DNA of 64,000 bases from Verrucomicrobiia bacterium (lineage in GTDB: Bacteria > Verrucomicrobiota > Verrucomicrobiia > Limisphaerales > UBA1319): positions 3,904,001 to 3,968,000 of the forward strand of contig OY760937.1 in the NCBI GenBank assembly GCA_963664225.1. The letters run 5' to 3'. Positions 42,292 through 52,753 of this stretch are shown here, piece by piece. Below the pieces are notes generated by a model. That model was not told the origin of the DNA. It did not search any database and was given only the letters and a program-made list of their open reading frames with translations. Each line of letters opens with the position of its first letter. The stretch's first letter is position 1. The position numbers and the translations under genes are program-made.

Positions 42292-42600
42292 ATGGCTGGA
42301 CAAACTATTAGAATTCGTCTTAAAGCTTTTGATCATCGGGTGATCGATCAATCTGCCAGGGAGATTGTGGAAACGGTGAAACGCACCGGGGCGCGGGTGG
42401 CCGGGCCAATCCCGCTGCCAACCCGGATCGAACAGTTTACGGTGCTGCGTTCGCCGCATGCGGACAAGAAGTCGCAGGAGACTTTTGAGCAGCGGACGCA
42501 CAAGCGGCTGCTGGACATCATTGATCCGACGGCCAAGACTGTGGACGAACTGAAGAAGTTGAATCTGCCTGCGGGCGTGGATATTACCATTAAGATTTAG
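42292..42600 (+). CDS. rpsJ: 30S ribosomal protein S10
   Basis: [17 protein letters not shown]. Confidence 0.99.
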   Translation: MAGQTIRIRLKAFDHRVIDQSAREIVETVKRTGARVAGPIPLPTRIEQFTVLRSPHADKKSQETFEQRTHKRLLDIIDPTAKTVDELKKLNLPAGVDITIKI

Positions 42601-42605
42601 TTGTT

Positions 42606-43250
42606 ATGATCGGACTGCTCGGAAAAAAAATTGGCCAGACGCGCGTCTATGACGGCAAGGGAAACGTGGTGCCTGTGACGGTTGTGCTGGCGGGGCCCAA
42701 CCGGGTCATCCAGTGCAAGACGCTGGAGCGCGACGGGTATAACGCGGTGCAACTGGGTTTCGATGACCAGAAGGAGCAGCGCTTGACGAAGCCTGCGCTG
42801 GGTCATTTCAAGAAGTTCGGCGCGCTGCCGGTGAAACGTGTGAAGGAGTTCCGCGATTTCTCGATTGCGGTCAAACCCGGCGACGTGGTGAATGTGAATG
42901 TGTTTGCCGTGGGCGACATGGTCGATGCGATCGGGGTGACCAAGGGGCGGGGTTTCGAGGGTGTGATGGCGCGTCATGGGTTTCGCGGTGGTGACGCTTC
43001 GCACGGGTCGAAGGGCTGGCGCCGGCGCGCGGGAGCCATTGGCCAGCGCTCGTTTCCCGGAACGGTGCTGCGCGGCAAGCGGATGCCAGGGCATATGGGG
43101 CAGGTGCAGCGGACGACACAGAATTTGGAAATTGTGCAGGTGCGCGAAGCGGATCAGGTTTTGCTGGTCAAGGGCGCCATTCCCGGAGCCAAGGGCGATT
43201 ATGTTTTGATCCGGGAGTCCAAGAAGAACCCGAAGGTGGCGGCGAAGTAA
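42606..43250 (+). CDS. rplC: 50S ribosomal protein L3
   Basis: GKKIGQT, DGYNAVQLG, KGRGF..HGS. Confidence 0.99.
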   Translation: MIGLLGKKIGQTRVYDGKGNVVPVTVVLAGPNRVIQCKTLERDGYNAVQLGFDDQKEQRLTKPALGHFKKFGALPVKRVKEFRDFSIAVKPGDVVNVNVFAVGDMVDAIGVTKGRGFEGVMARHGFRGGDASHGSKGWRRRAGAIGQRSFPGTVLRGKRMPGHMGQVQRTTQNLEIVQVREADQVLLVKGAIPGAKGDYVLIRESKKNPKVAAK

Positions 43251-43271
43251 CAGCGGAGGAATCAAGCGCAC

Positions 43272-43898
43272 ATGAAGCTGACAATTAAAGATATACAAGG
43301 CACCACTCAGGGCGAACTGGAGATCAAGTTCCCGGTGGTGGAGGATGGCAGCGGCACGCAGGCGGTCCACCAGGCGGTGGTGGCGCAGCGGGCGGCTGGC
43401 CGGAGCGGGACGGCTTGCACCAAGACGATGGGTGAGGTGGCGGGTTCGGGCAAGAAGCCCTGGAGGCAGAAGGGGACTGGACGCGCACGCGCCGGTTCTT
43501 TCGCCTCGCCATTGTGGCGTGGGGGCGGTGTGGTTTTCGGACCCAAGCCGAGGAGCTATCGCCAGAAGATTGGCAAGACGGTTCGCCAGGTGGCTTTACG
43601 GAAGGCCTTGAGCGAGCGGATCAAGTCGGGGGATGTGACGGTTCTGAAGGATTGGACGATGCCGACTCCCAAAACGAAGGAATTTACCAAAGTGCTGGCG
43701 GCTCTGGATGTTCAGGGCACGGTGCTGTTTGTGGTGCCCGCTTTGGAGCGCAATCTGGCGTTGGCGGCCCGGAATCTTCCGGGGGTGGAGTTCATCACCG
43801 CGAGTACGTTGAACACTTATGAGATGCTGCGGTTCGACAGGATTATTATTACTGAGGGCGCGTTTGCCCAGGTCGAAGAGCGGCTGGCCAAAGCCTAA
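43272..43898 (+). CDS. rplD: 50S ribosomal protein L4
   Basis: KPWRQKGTGRARAG. Confidence 0.99.
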   Translation: MKLTIKDIQGTTQGELEIKFPVVEDGSGTQAVHQAVVAQRAAGRSGTACTKTMGEVAGSGKKPWRQKGTGRARAGSFASPLWRGGGVVFGPKPRSYRQKIGKTVRQVALRKALSERIKSGDVTVLKDWTMPTPKTKEFTKVLAALDVQGTVLFVVPALERNLALAARNLPGVEFITASTLNTYEMLRFDRIIITEGAFAQVEERLAKA

Positions 43899-43904
43899 AA
43901 CGCC

Positions 43905-44186
43905 ATGAATGCATTTGACATCATCAAAACCGTGCGTGTGTCCGAGAAGGGCACGTTGCAGGGTGAGAAATATAACCAATACACGCTGATTGCCGATCGG
44001 CGGGCCTCGAAAACCCAGATCCGGCAGGCTGTGCAGGAGCTGTTCAAAGTCAAGGTGCTCGAGGTGAACACCATGAATGTGGGCGGCAAGGCGCGGCGGC
44101 GTTCCACCCGGCAGGCGGGGCAGACTTCCGATTGGAAGAAGGCCATTGTAACGCTGAAGGACGGGGATAAAATCAGTCTGACCTAA
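43905..44186 (+). CDS. rplW: 50S ribosomal protein L23
   Basis: SEK..VNT..WKKAIVTL. Confidence 0.98.
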   Translation: MNAFDIIKTVRVSEKGTLQGEKYNQYTLIADRRASKTQIRQAVQELFKVKVLEVNTMNVGGKARRRSTRQAGQTSDWKKAIVTLKDGDKISLT

Positions 44187-44199
44187 GCTTTTCATTGAT

Positions 44200-45045
44200 A
44201 TGCCAGTCAAGATATTTCGTCCATTAACTCCGTCCACGCGCTATATAACAATGGCGTCGTTCGACGAGATCACCAAGTCGAAGCCGGAGAAGAAGCTGGT
44301 TCAGACTCGCAAGAAAACCGGCGGGCGCAACTGTTACGGCCGGGTGACCAGCCGGGGACACGGTGGCGGCCACAAGCAGAAGATCCGCACGGTGGATTTC
44401 AAGCGGCACAATCACGGGGTTGAGGCCAAGGTGATCGCTGTCGAATATGATCCGCTGCGCACGGCGCGGCTGGCGCTTCTGGAGTATCCGGATGGTGTGA
44501 GGACTTACATTCTCGCGCCGGTGGGTCTGCAGGTGGGTGCCAAGGTGATGAGCGGTCCTGGAGCGGCTCCCGAGGTGGGGAATAGCATTCCGCTCAAGTC
44601 GGTTCCGGTGGGGATGCCGATTCATAATTTGGAGCTGACGGCGGGTCGCGGGGCGCAGATGGTGCGTTCGGCGGGCGCGGCAGCCAGTTTGATGTCCCGC
44701 GAGGGCGGGTATGCGATGATTCGGCTGCCTTCGGGGGAGATCCGGAAGATCAGCGAGAATTGTTACGCCACCATCGGGCAGGTGGGCAATGTCGAGCATG
44801 AGAAGGTGGTGCTGGGCAAGGCGGGCCGGTCACGGCACCGCGGCATTCATCCGCTTTCGCGCGCGGTCGCCAAGAATCCCGTGGATCATCCGATGGGTGG
44901 CGGCGCGGGCAAGACCTCCGGCGGAGGTCATCCAGTCACGCCTTGGGGTGTGATTACCAAGGGTTATAAGACGCGCAGACACAACAGATATTCAGACCGC
45001 TCGATCGTGGTGCGCCGCAACGGCCAGCCAATGAAAGTGAAATAG
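44200..45045 (+). CDS. rplB: 50S ribosomal protein L2
   Basis: [16 protein letters not shown]. Confidence 0.99.
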   Translation: MPVKIFRPLTPSTRYITMASFDEITKSKPEKKLVQTRKKTGGRNCYGRVTSRGHGGGHKQKIRTVDFKRHNHGVEAKVIAVEYDPLRTARLALLEYPDGVRTYILAPVGLQVGAKVMSGPGAAPEVGNSIPLKSVPVGMPIHNLELTAGRGAQMVRSAGAAASLMSREGGYAMIRLPSGEIRKISENCYATIGQVGNVEHEKVVLGKAGRSRHRGIHPLSRAVAKNPVDHPMGGGAGKTSGGGHPVTPWGVITKGYKTRRHNRYSDRSIVVRRNGQPMKVK

Positions 45046-45049
45046 ACTT

Positions 45050-45331
45050 ATGGGACGCTCCATTAAAAAAGGGCCATTTGTAGATGGTTACCTGTTGGAA
45101 AAGATTACGAAGTTGAACGCGGTGGGCGCGAAGAAGCCGATCAAGACCTGGTCGCGGCGCTCGACGATCACCCCGGATTTTGTGGGGCACACGTTCAACG
45201 TGCATAATGGGAAGAATTTTCTGCCGGTGTTTGTGACGGAAAACATGGTGGGCCACCGGTTGGGCGAGTTCGCGCTGACGCGGACGTTTAAGAAACACGG
45301 CGCGCACACCGCCAAAGCCGAGGCGAAGTAG
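45050..45331 (+). CDS. rpsS: 30S ribosomal protein S19
   Basis: [24 protein letters not shown]. Confidence 0.99.
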   Translation: MGRSIKKGPFVDGYLLEKITKLNAVGAKKPIKTWSRRSTITPDFVGHTFNVHNGKNFLPVFVTENMVGHRLGEFALTRTFKKHGAHTAKAEAK

Positions 45332-45341
45332 GATAATTTTT

Positions 45342-45674
45342 ATGGAAGTGCAAGCAATAACGCGCAATGTGCGCATGTCCGCCCAGAAGATGCGCGAGGT
45401 AACGCGTCAGATTCAGGGGTTGGGGGCCTTGCAAGCGCAGGCCATTCTCGCGGTGGTTCCGAGGAAGTCCGCACGGCTGGTCGCCAAGACTTTGAAGTCT
45501 GCGATTGCAAACGCCGAGAATAACAAGGGTGCCCGGCCCGAGAACCTGGTGGTCAAGGAGGCTGTGGCGGGAACGGCGACGACAATGAAACGGTTTATTC
45601 CAAAAGCTCGCGGGTCCGCGGGCCCGATTTTGAAGCGGACATGCCAGATTAGAATCGTGTTGACTGAGATGTAA
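45342..45674 (+). CDS. rplV: 50S ribosomal protein L22
   Basis: LKSAIANAE, KRFIPKARG. Confidence 0.98.
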   Translation: MEVQAITRNVRMSAQKMREVTRQIQGLGALQAQAILAVVPRKSARLVAKTLKSAIANAENNKGARPENLVVKEAVAGTATTMKRFIPKARGSAGPILKRTCQIRIVLTEM

Positions 45675-45679
45675 GAATT

Positions 45680-46384
45680 ATGGGTCAAAAGACAAATCCT
45701 ATTGGTTTTCGCATCGCCCTGAACAAGGACTGGCGCTCGCGCTGGTTCGCCGGCAAGAAGGAGTTCAGCAAGTTGGTGTCTGAAGATTATCAAATCCGCC
45801 GAATTTTAAAGAGCAAGCTGGAGGCAGCCGCTGTTCCCCGGATTGTCATTGAGCGTGCGGCCAATCGGTGCCGCATCACAATTTTCACGGCCCGTCCGGG
45901 CGTGGTGATCGGGCGCAAGGGCGCCGAGATCGACAAGCTCAAGGAGGAGCTTGGAAAGATGACCGGAAAGGAAATTTATGTGGACATCCAGGAGGTCAAG
46001 CAGCCTGAGACAGATGCGCAGTTGGTGGCTGAGAACGTGGCGATGCAGTTGGAGCGCCGCATTTCCTTCCGCCGGGCGATGAAGAAGTCGCTGCAAACGG
46101 CGATGGATTTCGGAGCGGAGGGGATCAAGATCCGGTGCGCGGGGCGTCTGGGCGGGGCGGAGCTGGCGCGGGCGGAGTTGTATCATCTGGGCCGGGTGCC
46201 GTTGCATACGTTACGGGCGCAGATTGATTATGGTTTTGCAGAGGCCAAGACGATGTATGGGAAGATCGGGGTGAAGTGCTGGATTTGCAAGGGAGATATG
46301 GTGAAGGAAAAAACAACGGCACCGGCGACGGTGACCGCGGCAAGCGAAACGGCTATTCCCGCCGCAGCGCCAGTGGCCAATTAA
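45680..46384 (+). CDS. rpsC: 30S ribosomal protein S3
   Basis: MGQKTNPIGFR, GRVPLHTLRA. Confidence 0.99.
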   Translation: MGQKTNPIGFRIALNKDWRSRWFAGKKEFSKLVSEDYQIRRILKSKLEAAAVPRIVIERAANRCRITIFTARPGVVIGRKGAEIDKLKEELGKMTGKEIYVDIQEVKQPETDAQLVAENVAMQLERRISFRRAMKKSLQTAMDFGAEGIKIRCAGRLGGAELARAELYHLGRVPLHTLRAQIDYGFAEAKTMYGKIGVKCWICKGDMVKEKTTAPATVTAASETAIPAAAPVAN

Positions 46385-46402
46385 TTTTCGGAAGGACGAG
46401 AT

Positions 46403-46828
46403 ATGTCTTTAATGCCGGCGAAAGTGAAGTATCGCAAAATGCAGCGTCGCAGCCGCTCGGGGATGGCCTCGCGCGGAACGACGGTGGCTTTTGGCGAATA
46501 TGGATTACAAACCATGGAGCGGTGCTGGCTGGATACGCGCCAGATTGAGGCCGCGCGTGCGGCGATCAGCCGTTACATGAAGCGTCGCGGGAAGGTCTGG
46601 ATTCGGATTTTCCCCGACAAGTCGATCACCAAGAAGCCGTTGGAAACGCGTATGGGTAAGGGCAAGGGCCCGGTGGTTTCCTGGGTGGCGGTGATACGTC
46701 CGGCGAACGTGTTGTTCGAGGTGGACGGGGTGACGGAGGCGCTGGCCCGGGAGGCGTTCCGGTTGGCGGCAACGAAGTTGCCGATCCGCACGAAGTTTAT
46801 ATCGCGCCACCGGATGGCGGCGAAGTAA
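46403..46828 (+). CDS. rplP: 50S ribosomal protein L16
   Basis: [15 protein letters not shown]. Confidence 0.99.
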   Translation: MSLMPAKVKYRKMQRRSRSGMASRGTTVAFGEYGLQTMERCWLDTRQIEAARAAISRYMKRRGKVWIRIFPDKSITKKPLETRMGKGKGPVVSWVAVIRPANVLFEVDGVTEALAREAFRLAATKLPIRTKFISRHRMAAK

Positions 46829-46844
46829 CCGGAGGTTTGCGAAT

Positions 46845-47042
46845 ATGAAGATTGCCGATTTCAAGGATTTAACGGTGACGGAGCTCACGGCCAAGGGCCG
46901 GGACATGCGTCAGGAGATTTTTAACCTGCGCCTGCAGCAGGCGGGGAGCCAGTTGGAAAAGCCCGACCGTTTGCGGACGTTGCGTCGCGACATTGCCCGG
47001 GTGGAGACTCAGCTGTCGATTTTGCGAAAGAAAGCCAGTTAA
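46845..47042 (+). CDS. rpmC: 50S ribosomal protein L29
   Basis: FNLRLQ..RRDIARVET. Confidence 0.97.
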   Translation: MKIADFKDLTVTELTAKGRDMRQEIFNLRLQQAGSQLEKPDRLRTLRRDIARVETQLSILRKKAS

Positions 47043-47053
47043 TTTAGAACGAT

Positions 47054-47344
47054 ATGTCGAATATTCCATCCAACCGTGCCCACCGCAAAGAGCGGGTGGG
47101 CGAGGTGATCGCCAACAAGATGGCCAAGACCATTGTCGTGAGCGTGGAGAGGCGGTTTGCGCACCCGCGCTTCAAAAAAGTGGTGACTTCCTACAACAAG
47201 TTTTACGCTCACGATGAGAAGAGCGAAGCGAAGGTGGGGGATCAAGTGCGCATCGAGGAAACGCGGCCGCTGTCCAAGATGAAACGGTGGCGGCTGGTGG
47301 AGATCGTCGAGCGGAACGCCGAGGCGTCACCCGCGACGGCATAA
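47054..47344 (+). CDS. rpsQ: 30S ribosomal protein S17
   Basis: KMAKTIVV, ETRPLSKMKRW. Confidence 0.98.
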   Translation: MSNIPSNRAHRKERVGEVIANKMAKTIVVSVERRFAHPRFKKVVTSYNKFYAHDEKSEAKVGDQVRIEETRPLSKMKRWRLVEIVERNAEASPATA

Positions 47345-47359
47345 TGGAGAGGCTGAATT

Positions 47360-47725
47360 ATGTTACAAATTCGTTCGATTTTGGATGTTGCCGATAATAC
47401 CGGGGCCAAGCGGGCCGCGATGATCGGCGTGCTGGGCCGCAACCAGATGTATGGCGGGGTGGGGGATATCATCAAGGCCCACATCAAAGAGGCCACGCCG
47501 GATGGCACGGTTAAAAAGGGTGAAGTGGTAACGGCTGTAGTGGTGCGCACACGCCATCCCATCCGCCGCAGCGACGGGTCGTATCTGCGGTTCGACAATA
47601 ATGCAATTGTGATCATCGATAACGATCAGAATCCCAAGGGGACCCGCATTTTCGGGCCTGTGGCGCGCGAGTTGCGCGATCTGAAGTTTGTCAAAATCAT
47701 TTCCCTGGCACCGGAGGTCATCTGA
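47360..47725 (+). CDS. rplN: 50S ribosomal protein L14
   Basis: [20 protein letters not shown]. Confidence 0.99.
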   Translation: MLQIRSILDVADNTGAKRAAMIGVLGRNQMYGGVGDIIKAHIKEATPDGTVKKGEVVTAVVVRTRHPIRRSDGSYLRFDNNAIVIIDNDQNPKGTRIFGPVARELRDLKFVKIISLAPEVI

Positions 47726-47729
47726 GGTT

Positions 47730-48002
47730 ATGCAGAAATTTCATGTGAAAAAAGGAGACGACGTGGTCGTCATAGCCGGTACGGAACGCGGCAAGAGCGG
47801 CAAGATCCTGCATGTGTTGCGGACCAAGCAGCGTGTGATTGTGGAGGGGATCAAGTTGATCAAGCGGCACACGCGCAAGAGTCAGCAGAATCCGCAGGGC
47901 CGGATTGTGGAGCGCGAGGGCACGATCCATATTTCCAATGTGATGCTCGCCGCGGAGCATGAAGCGCGCGCGGCCAAACGCGCCGGCAAAGTCGGGGCAT
48001 AA
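47730..48002 (+). CDS. rplX: 50S ribosomal protein L24
   Basis: VKKGDDVVVIAG, IHISNV; ATG at 47730 follows GAGGT. Confidence 0.97.
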   Translation: MQKFHVKKGDDVVVIAGTERGKSGKILHVLRTKQRVIVEGIKLIKRHTRKSQQNPQGRIVEREGTIHISNVMLAAEHEARAAKRAGKVGA

Positions 48003-48010
48003 TACCGTAT

Positions 48011-48556
48011 ATGAAATCGCGAATTTACAAGAAGTATGTTGAGGCCGTGAAACCGGCGCTCATGGAGAAGTGGCATTACAAGAATGTCAACCAGGTGCCC
48101 CTGTTGGAGAAGATTGTGATTAACATGGGGGTTAGCGCGTCTTTGGAGAAGGGCGCGGTGGATGACGCTGTCAAGGAGTTGGGGATGATCACGGGGCGCA
48201 AGGCGGTGTTGAACCGTTCCCGCAAGAGCATCGCCAATTTCAAGTTGCGCGAGGGGCAGATCATCGGCTGTCATGTCACGTTGCGCGACGATGTGATGTA
48301 TGAGTTTTTCGATCGTCTGGTGGCTGCGGCGCTGCCGCGCATTCGCGATTTTCGCGGGTTGAGTCCGCGCGCGTTCGACGGCCGGGGCAGTTACACGCTC
48401 GGGGTGGCGGATCAGACGATTTTCCCTGAAATTGAAATGGATAAGATCAAACGGACCCAGGGCATGGATATCACGATGGTGACGACGGCAAAAACGGATG
48501 CCGAAGGCCTGGATTTGTTGAAGATGCTGGGAATGCCCTTTGCCGAAGGAAAATAA
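48011..48556 (+). CDS. rplE: 50S ribosomal protein L5
   Basis: KIVINMG, LPRIRDFRG. Confidence 0.99.
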   Translation: MKSRIYKKYVEAVKPALMEKWHYKNVNQVPLLEKIVINMGVSASLEKGAVDDAVKELGMITGRKAVLNRSRKSIANFKLREGQIIGCHVTLRDDVMYEFFDRLVAAALPRIRDFRGLSPRAFDGRGSYTLGVADQTIFPEIEMDKIKRTQGMDITMVTTAKTDAEGLDLLKMLGMPFAEGK

Positions 48557-48559
48557 GTT

Positions 48560-48829
48560 ATGGCGAAAAAATCTTGGATTGAACGAGAGAAGAAGAAGCG
48601 TGCGGTGGCGTCGAAGTACGCCGCGATTCGGGCGGAGTTGAAGGAGCGGCATGATTATGTCGGGCTGTCCAAACTGCCCCGCAATGCGAGTCCTGTGCGC
48701 CAGACCAACCGCTGCAAGATTAGCGGGCGTCGCCGCGGTTATTTGCGCAAGTTTGGATGTTCCCGGCTCACTTTCCGCGAGTTGGCCATGAATGGGATGA
48801 TCCCCGGAGTTACAAAAGCCAGTTGGTAA
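48560..48829 (+). CDS. rpsN: 30S ribosomal protein S14 (89-aa, zinc-independent type)
   Basis: [22 protein letters not shown]; CxxC pairs are incomplete. Confidence 0.97.
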   Translation: MAKKSWIEREKKKRAVASKYAAIRAELKERHDYVGLSKLPRNASPVRQTNRCKISGRRRGYLRKFGCSRLTFRELAMNGMIPGVTKASW

Positions 48830-48842
48830 ATCAGAGATATTT

Positions 48843-49226
48843 ATGGATCCAATCGCCGATATGCTCAATCGAATCCGCAACGCCGGCCAGGCGTTGTTGC
48901 CGGAGGTCGAGTTGCCGCATTCAAAAATGAAGGAAGGCATCGCCCGCATTCTCAAGGATGAGGGTTACATCACCGATTGCTCAGTGGCGGAGAAGCCGCA
49001 CAAGTCGTTGAAGTTGAAGCTCAAGTATCAGAACCGCAAGTGTGTGATCGAGAGTCTGCGGCGCATGAGCACGCCGGGTCTGCGTCGTTATGTCAGTTCG
49101 GGGGAGATTCCCCGGGTGCTGGGCGGCTTGGGCATTTCCATTGTATCCACTTCCAAGGGGGTTATGAGCGGCACGATGGCGCGCAGGAACCACCTGGGTG
49201 GGGAGTTAATTTGCATTGTTTGGTAA
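48843..49226 (+). CDS. rpsH: 30S ribosomal protein S8
   Basis: DPIADMLNRIRN, STSKGVM. Confidence 0.99.
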   Translation: MDPIADMLNRIRNAGQALLPEVELPHSKMKEGIARILKDEGYITDCSVAEKPHKSLKLKLKYQNRKCVIESLRRMSTPGLRRYVSSGEIPRVLGGLGISIVSTSKGVMSGTMARRNHLGGELICIVW

Positions 49227-49235
49227 GGAGCTATT

Positions 49236-49775
49236 ATGTCAAGAATCGGTCGTATGCCCATTGTCATCCCCGCCAAGGTCAAGGTTGTGGTGCAGGGTCG
49301 CAATGTGGCTGTTGAGGGTCCCAATGGGAAGATGAAGATGGAACTTCCTCCGCACACCAGCGCCAAGGTGGATGATGGCAAGGTGGTTGTGTCGCGCGAT
49401 GGGGAGGATTCCGCATGCAAAGCCATGCATGGTTTGTCCCGGGCGTTGTTGAATAATTGCGTCAAGGGGGTGACGGATGGTTTTTCCAAGAAGTTGGAAA
49501 TCCAGGGGGTGGGTTACAAGGCGGTGGTTCAGGGCAAGGTGCTGAATTTAACGCTTGGTTATTCGCACCCGGTGCTTTATCCCATACCCGAGACGATCAA
49601 GGTCACGGTACTGGAGAACACGAAGTTGACTGTGGAAGGGCCGGATAAGCATTTGGTGGGCCAGGTGGCTTCGGATATTCGCTCCTTCTATCCTCCCGAA
49701 CCTTACAAAGGCAAGGGAATCCGTTACTCGGATGAGAAGGTCGAGCGCAAGGAAGGCAAGACCGTACAACAATAA
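49236..49775 (+). CDS. rplF: 50S ribosomal protein L6
   Basis: MSRIGR, PPEPYKGKGIRY. Confidence 0.99.
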   Translation: MSRIGRMPIVIPAKVKVVVQGRNVAVEGPNGKMKMELPPHTSAKVDDGKVVVSRDGEDSACKAMHGLSRALLNNCVKGVTDGFSKKLEIQGVGYKAVVQGKVLNLTLGYSHPVLYPIPETIKVTVLENTKLTVEGPDKHLVGQVASDIRSFYPPEPYKGKGIRYSDEKVERKEGKTVQQ

Positions 49776-49813
49776 TTTGAAATGGCCACGGCCAAATCCG
49801 TGGCAAAAATATC

Positions 49814-50179
49814 ATGAGAGTAGAGAACAAACATCGCTTAAAACAGTTGCGTTGCTGGCGCATTCGCAAGAAGGTCAAAGGCACGCGCGAATGTCCCCGG
49901 ATGAGTGTGTGCTTCACGGGCAAGAATATTCATGTGCAGTTTGTGGACGACGATGCCGGGGTGACTCTGGCGGCGGCCTCCTCGGTGAGCAAGACAGCTC
50001 CGGAACGCGAGACGCTGGCGGCCAATGTGAAGAGCGCGAAGATTGTGGGGGCATTTGCCGCTCAACAGGCGATTGGAAAGGGCATCAAGCAGGTCGTATT
50101 CGACCGCAATGGCGCCCGGTATCATGGCAAGGTCAAGGCGCTGGCGGATGCCGCTCGCGAGGCCGGCTTGAAGTTTTAA
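49814..50179 (+). CDS. rplR: 50S ribosomal protein L18
   Basis: VVFDRNG..YHGKVKALADAAREAGL. Confidence 0.98.
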   Translation: MRVENKHRLKQLRCWRIRKKVKGTRECPRMSVCFTGKNIHVQFVDDDAGVTLAAASSVSKTAPERETLAANVKSAKIVGAFAAQQAIGKGIKQVVFDRNGARYHGKVKALADAAREAGLKF

Positions 50180-50200
50180 CTTTGAAACAGGAGTAACATC

Positions 50201-50848
50201 GTGGCGGAACAAACAAAAAATAGCGCAGGAATGGGGCGTGGCCGTGGACCGAGTCGCGGAGGCCGCAGAACCCGCTCGGGGTCTGATAATCCGGAGTTGG
50301 GTGCGGATGGCAAGCCGATCAATGAATTGGCCGAAAAGGTCGTATTCATCAACCGCTCTGCCAAGGTGGTCAAGGGCGGACGCCGTTTTAGTTTTAGCGC
50401 GCTGGTCATAGTGGGTGACCGTCGCGGTAAAATCGGACTGGGTTTGGGCAAGGCGGGCGAGGTCGCGGATGCGATTCGCAAGGGTGGTGAAATGGCCAAA
50501 CAGCGGATGATTGCGGTGGCATTGCAGGAAAACACGATTCCTCACCAGGTGTTGTGCGATTTTGGCGGCGCGAAGGTTCTTTTGCGTCCCGCTTCGCCGG
50601 GAACGGGGATCATCGCGGGTAAAACAATGCGTGCCGTGCTGGAATCGGTTGGGATCAAAGATGTCTTGAGCAAGTCGATGGCATCGAATAATGCCGCCAA
50701 TGTGGCCAAGGCAACGATTAAGGCCTTGCTGCAGTTGCGGATGCCTGCCGATATTTATCGTGGGCGCGGCCTGGCGGTGCCAGTGCGTCGCGTGCGTGTG
50801 GAGGGCGAGGTGGCAGCACCCGCACCTGCCGTTACTCCTGCAGCTTGA
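50201..50848 (+). CDS. rpsE: 30S ribosomal protein S5
   Basis: KVVKGGRRFSFSALV, PASPGTGIIAG. Confidence 0.99.
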   Translation: MAEQTKNSAGMGRGRGPSRGGRRTRSGSDNPELGADGKPINELAEKVVFINRSAKVVKGGRRFSFSALVIVGDRRGKIGLGLGKAGEVADAIRKGGEMAKQRMIAVALQENTIPHQVLCDFGGAKVLLRPASPGTGIIAGKTMRAVLESVGIKDVLSKSMASNNAANVAKATIKALLQLRMPADIYRGRGLAVPVRRVRVEGEVAAPAPAVTPAA

Positions 50849-50862
50849 TTTGATTTCAGATT

Positions 50863-51357
50863 ATGCGTTTACATGATTTAAAACCCCGGCCCGGCTCGAA
50901 ACATCGTCGCAAGCGCCTGGGGCAAGGTGAGTCCAGCGGTCATGGCAAGACCAGTGGCCGCGGTGGCAAGGGTCAATCGGCCCGCTCGGGTAGTTCCAAC
51001 CGTATCGGATTTGAAGGCGGTCAAATGCCGCTGATTCGCCGCGTGCCAAAACGGGGCTTTAACAATGCCAGTTTCAAGACGGTTTATTTGCCGGTGAATC
51101 TGGAGGCGTTGAACGTCTTTGAAGATGGCGCAAAGGTGGATGCGAACGCTTTGAAGACCTTGGGCATGGCCAATGGCAAGGCGGACGGGATTAAAATCCT
51201 GGGTTCCGGCGAGCTGAAGAAGAAGTTGATCGTGGCCGCGCATGCGTTCAGTGCGACTGCGAAGGCGAAGATCGAAGCTTTAGGCGGTTCCTGCGAGGTG
51301 CTTGTGGTTTTTAAACCCAAGCCGAAGGTTCAGGCCAAAGACAAAGTTAAACAATAA
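50863..51357 (+). CDS. rplO: 50S ribosomal protein L15
   Basis: GKTSGRGGKGQ, FEGGQMPL. Confidence 0.99.
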   Translation: MRLHDLKPRPGSKHRRKRLGQGESSGHGKTSGRGGKGQSARSGSSNRIGFEGGQMPLIRRVPKRGFNNASFKTVYLPVNLEALNVFEDGAKVDANALKTLGMANGKADGIKILGSGELKKKLIVAAHAFSATAKAKIEALGGSCEVLVVFKPKPKVQAKDKVKQ

Positions 51358-51368
51358 TCGGACACATC

Positions 51369-52751
51369 ATGTTTTCCAGCATCGTCAACACGCTTGCCAA
51401 CTGTTTCAAGATCCCGGAATTAAAGTCCCGGATCCTCTTTACGTTGTTGTTGTTGGCGATCTGCCGATTGGCGGCAATCGTTGTGATTCCCGGCTTGGAC
51501 GGCGCTTTGCTCAAGGCTTACTTTGAGGCGCAGTCGGCCAAGGGAGGAAGTTCCTTGATGGGCATGTATAGCATGTTCACCGGGGGAGCCATGGAGCGCT
51601 GCGCGATCGGCGCGCTGGGGATCATGCCTTACATCAGCGCGACGATTATCATTCAGTTGCTCACTGCGGTGGTGCCGACGTTGAGCAAATTGGCGCGCGA
51701 AGAGGGCGGCAGGACGAAGATTATTCAGTATGGCCGGTATTTGACGGTGATTCTGTGTCTGGGCCAGGGTTTTGTGATGGCTTTGGGTTGGGAGAATCCG
51801 GATAAGATTTTCGGGGCCGCTCTTCCTGGAAAGCTCGTGTTGATCGAGCCAATCTGGTGGTATCGTATTCAGACGACGTTGATATTGACGACGGGAACGA
51901 TGCTGATGATGTGGTTGGGCGAGCAGATCACGGATCGGGGCATTGGAAACGGTGTTTCGTTGGTGATCACAATCGGTATTCTGGCGCGGTTGCCCCAGGC
52001 GGGCCAGGCGTTGAAGGATATGTTTTTCCCGCCGGCGGGCATGGAGGGTCGGTTTAACGCGTTCCATGCGGTTGCGCTGGTTTTGTTGCTTGTGGCGGTG
52101 GTGGCGGGGGTTATTGCCGTGACACAGGCGCAGAGGAAGATACCGGTTCAGTATGCACAGCGGACTGTGGGTCGCAAATCTTATGCGGGCACGAGTTCCT
52201 TCATGCCGCTCCGGGTGAATTACTCGGGCGTGATGCCGATTATTTTCGCTCAAGCGATTCTGATGTTTCCGGATAAGATTCTGAGTGTGGCGGGTCAATC
52301 ACTGGGATTGCCGTTGTTGCTGGGCATTGGCCAGAAGTTTCGCGAGGGCGAACCGATCTATTTGATCACTTATGCGCTCATGATTTTGTTTTTCTCGTAT
52401 TTCTGGGTTGCGACGCAGTTTAACGAGTTGCAGATTTCTGATGATCTGAAGAAGTACGGCGGATATATTCCGGGTGTTCGTCCCGGTCAGGCGACCTGCA
52501 ACTTTTTGCACAATGCCATGAGCCGGATTACGCTGGCTGGAGCGGTTTTCCTGACCGTTATTGCCGTCATACCCATTTTAATGTATAAGGCCATGCAGGT
52601 GCCGTTTGCGGTGAACACCTTTTTTGGCGGAACGAGCATATTGATTCTGGTGGGCGTTCTGTTGGACACGATGCGACAGGTGGAAACGCATTTGTTGATG
52701 CGCCACTATGACGGCTTCTTGAAGAAGGGTCGTCTGCGCGGGCGGTTCTGA
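51369..52751 (+). CDS. secY: Preprotein translocase subunit SecY
   Basis: LGIMPYISA, WLGEQIT..GIGNG, IPGVRPG, GGTSILI. Confidence 0.99.
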   Translation: MFSSIVNTLANCFKIPELKSRILFTLLLLAICRLAAIVVIPGLDGALLKAYFEAQSAKGGSSLMGMYSMFTGGAMERCAIGALGIMPYISATIIIQLLTAVVPTLSKLAREEGGRTKIIQYGRYLTVILCLGQGFVMALGWENPDKIFGAALPGKLVLIEPIWWYRIQTTLILTTGTMLMMWLGEQITDRGIGNGVSLVITIGILARLPQAGQALKDMFFPPAGMEGRFNAFHAVALVLLLVAVVAGVIAVTQAQRKIPVQYAQRTVGRKSYAGTSSFMPLRVNYSGVMPIIFAQAILMFPDKILSVAGQSLGLPLLLGIGQKFREGEPIYLITYALMILFFSYFWVATQFNELQISDDLKKYGGYIPGVRPGQATCNFLHNAMSRITLAGAVFLTVIAVIPILMYKAMQVPFAVNTFFGGTSILILVGVLLDTMRQVETHLLMRHYDGFLKKGRLRGRF

Positions 52752-52753
52752 TC

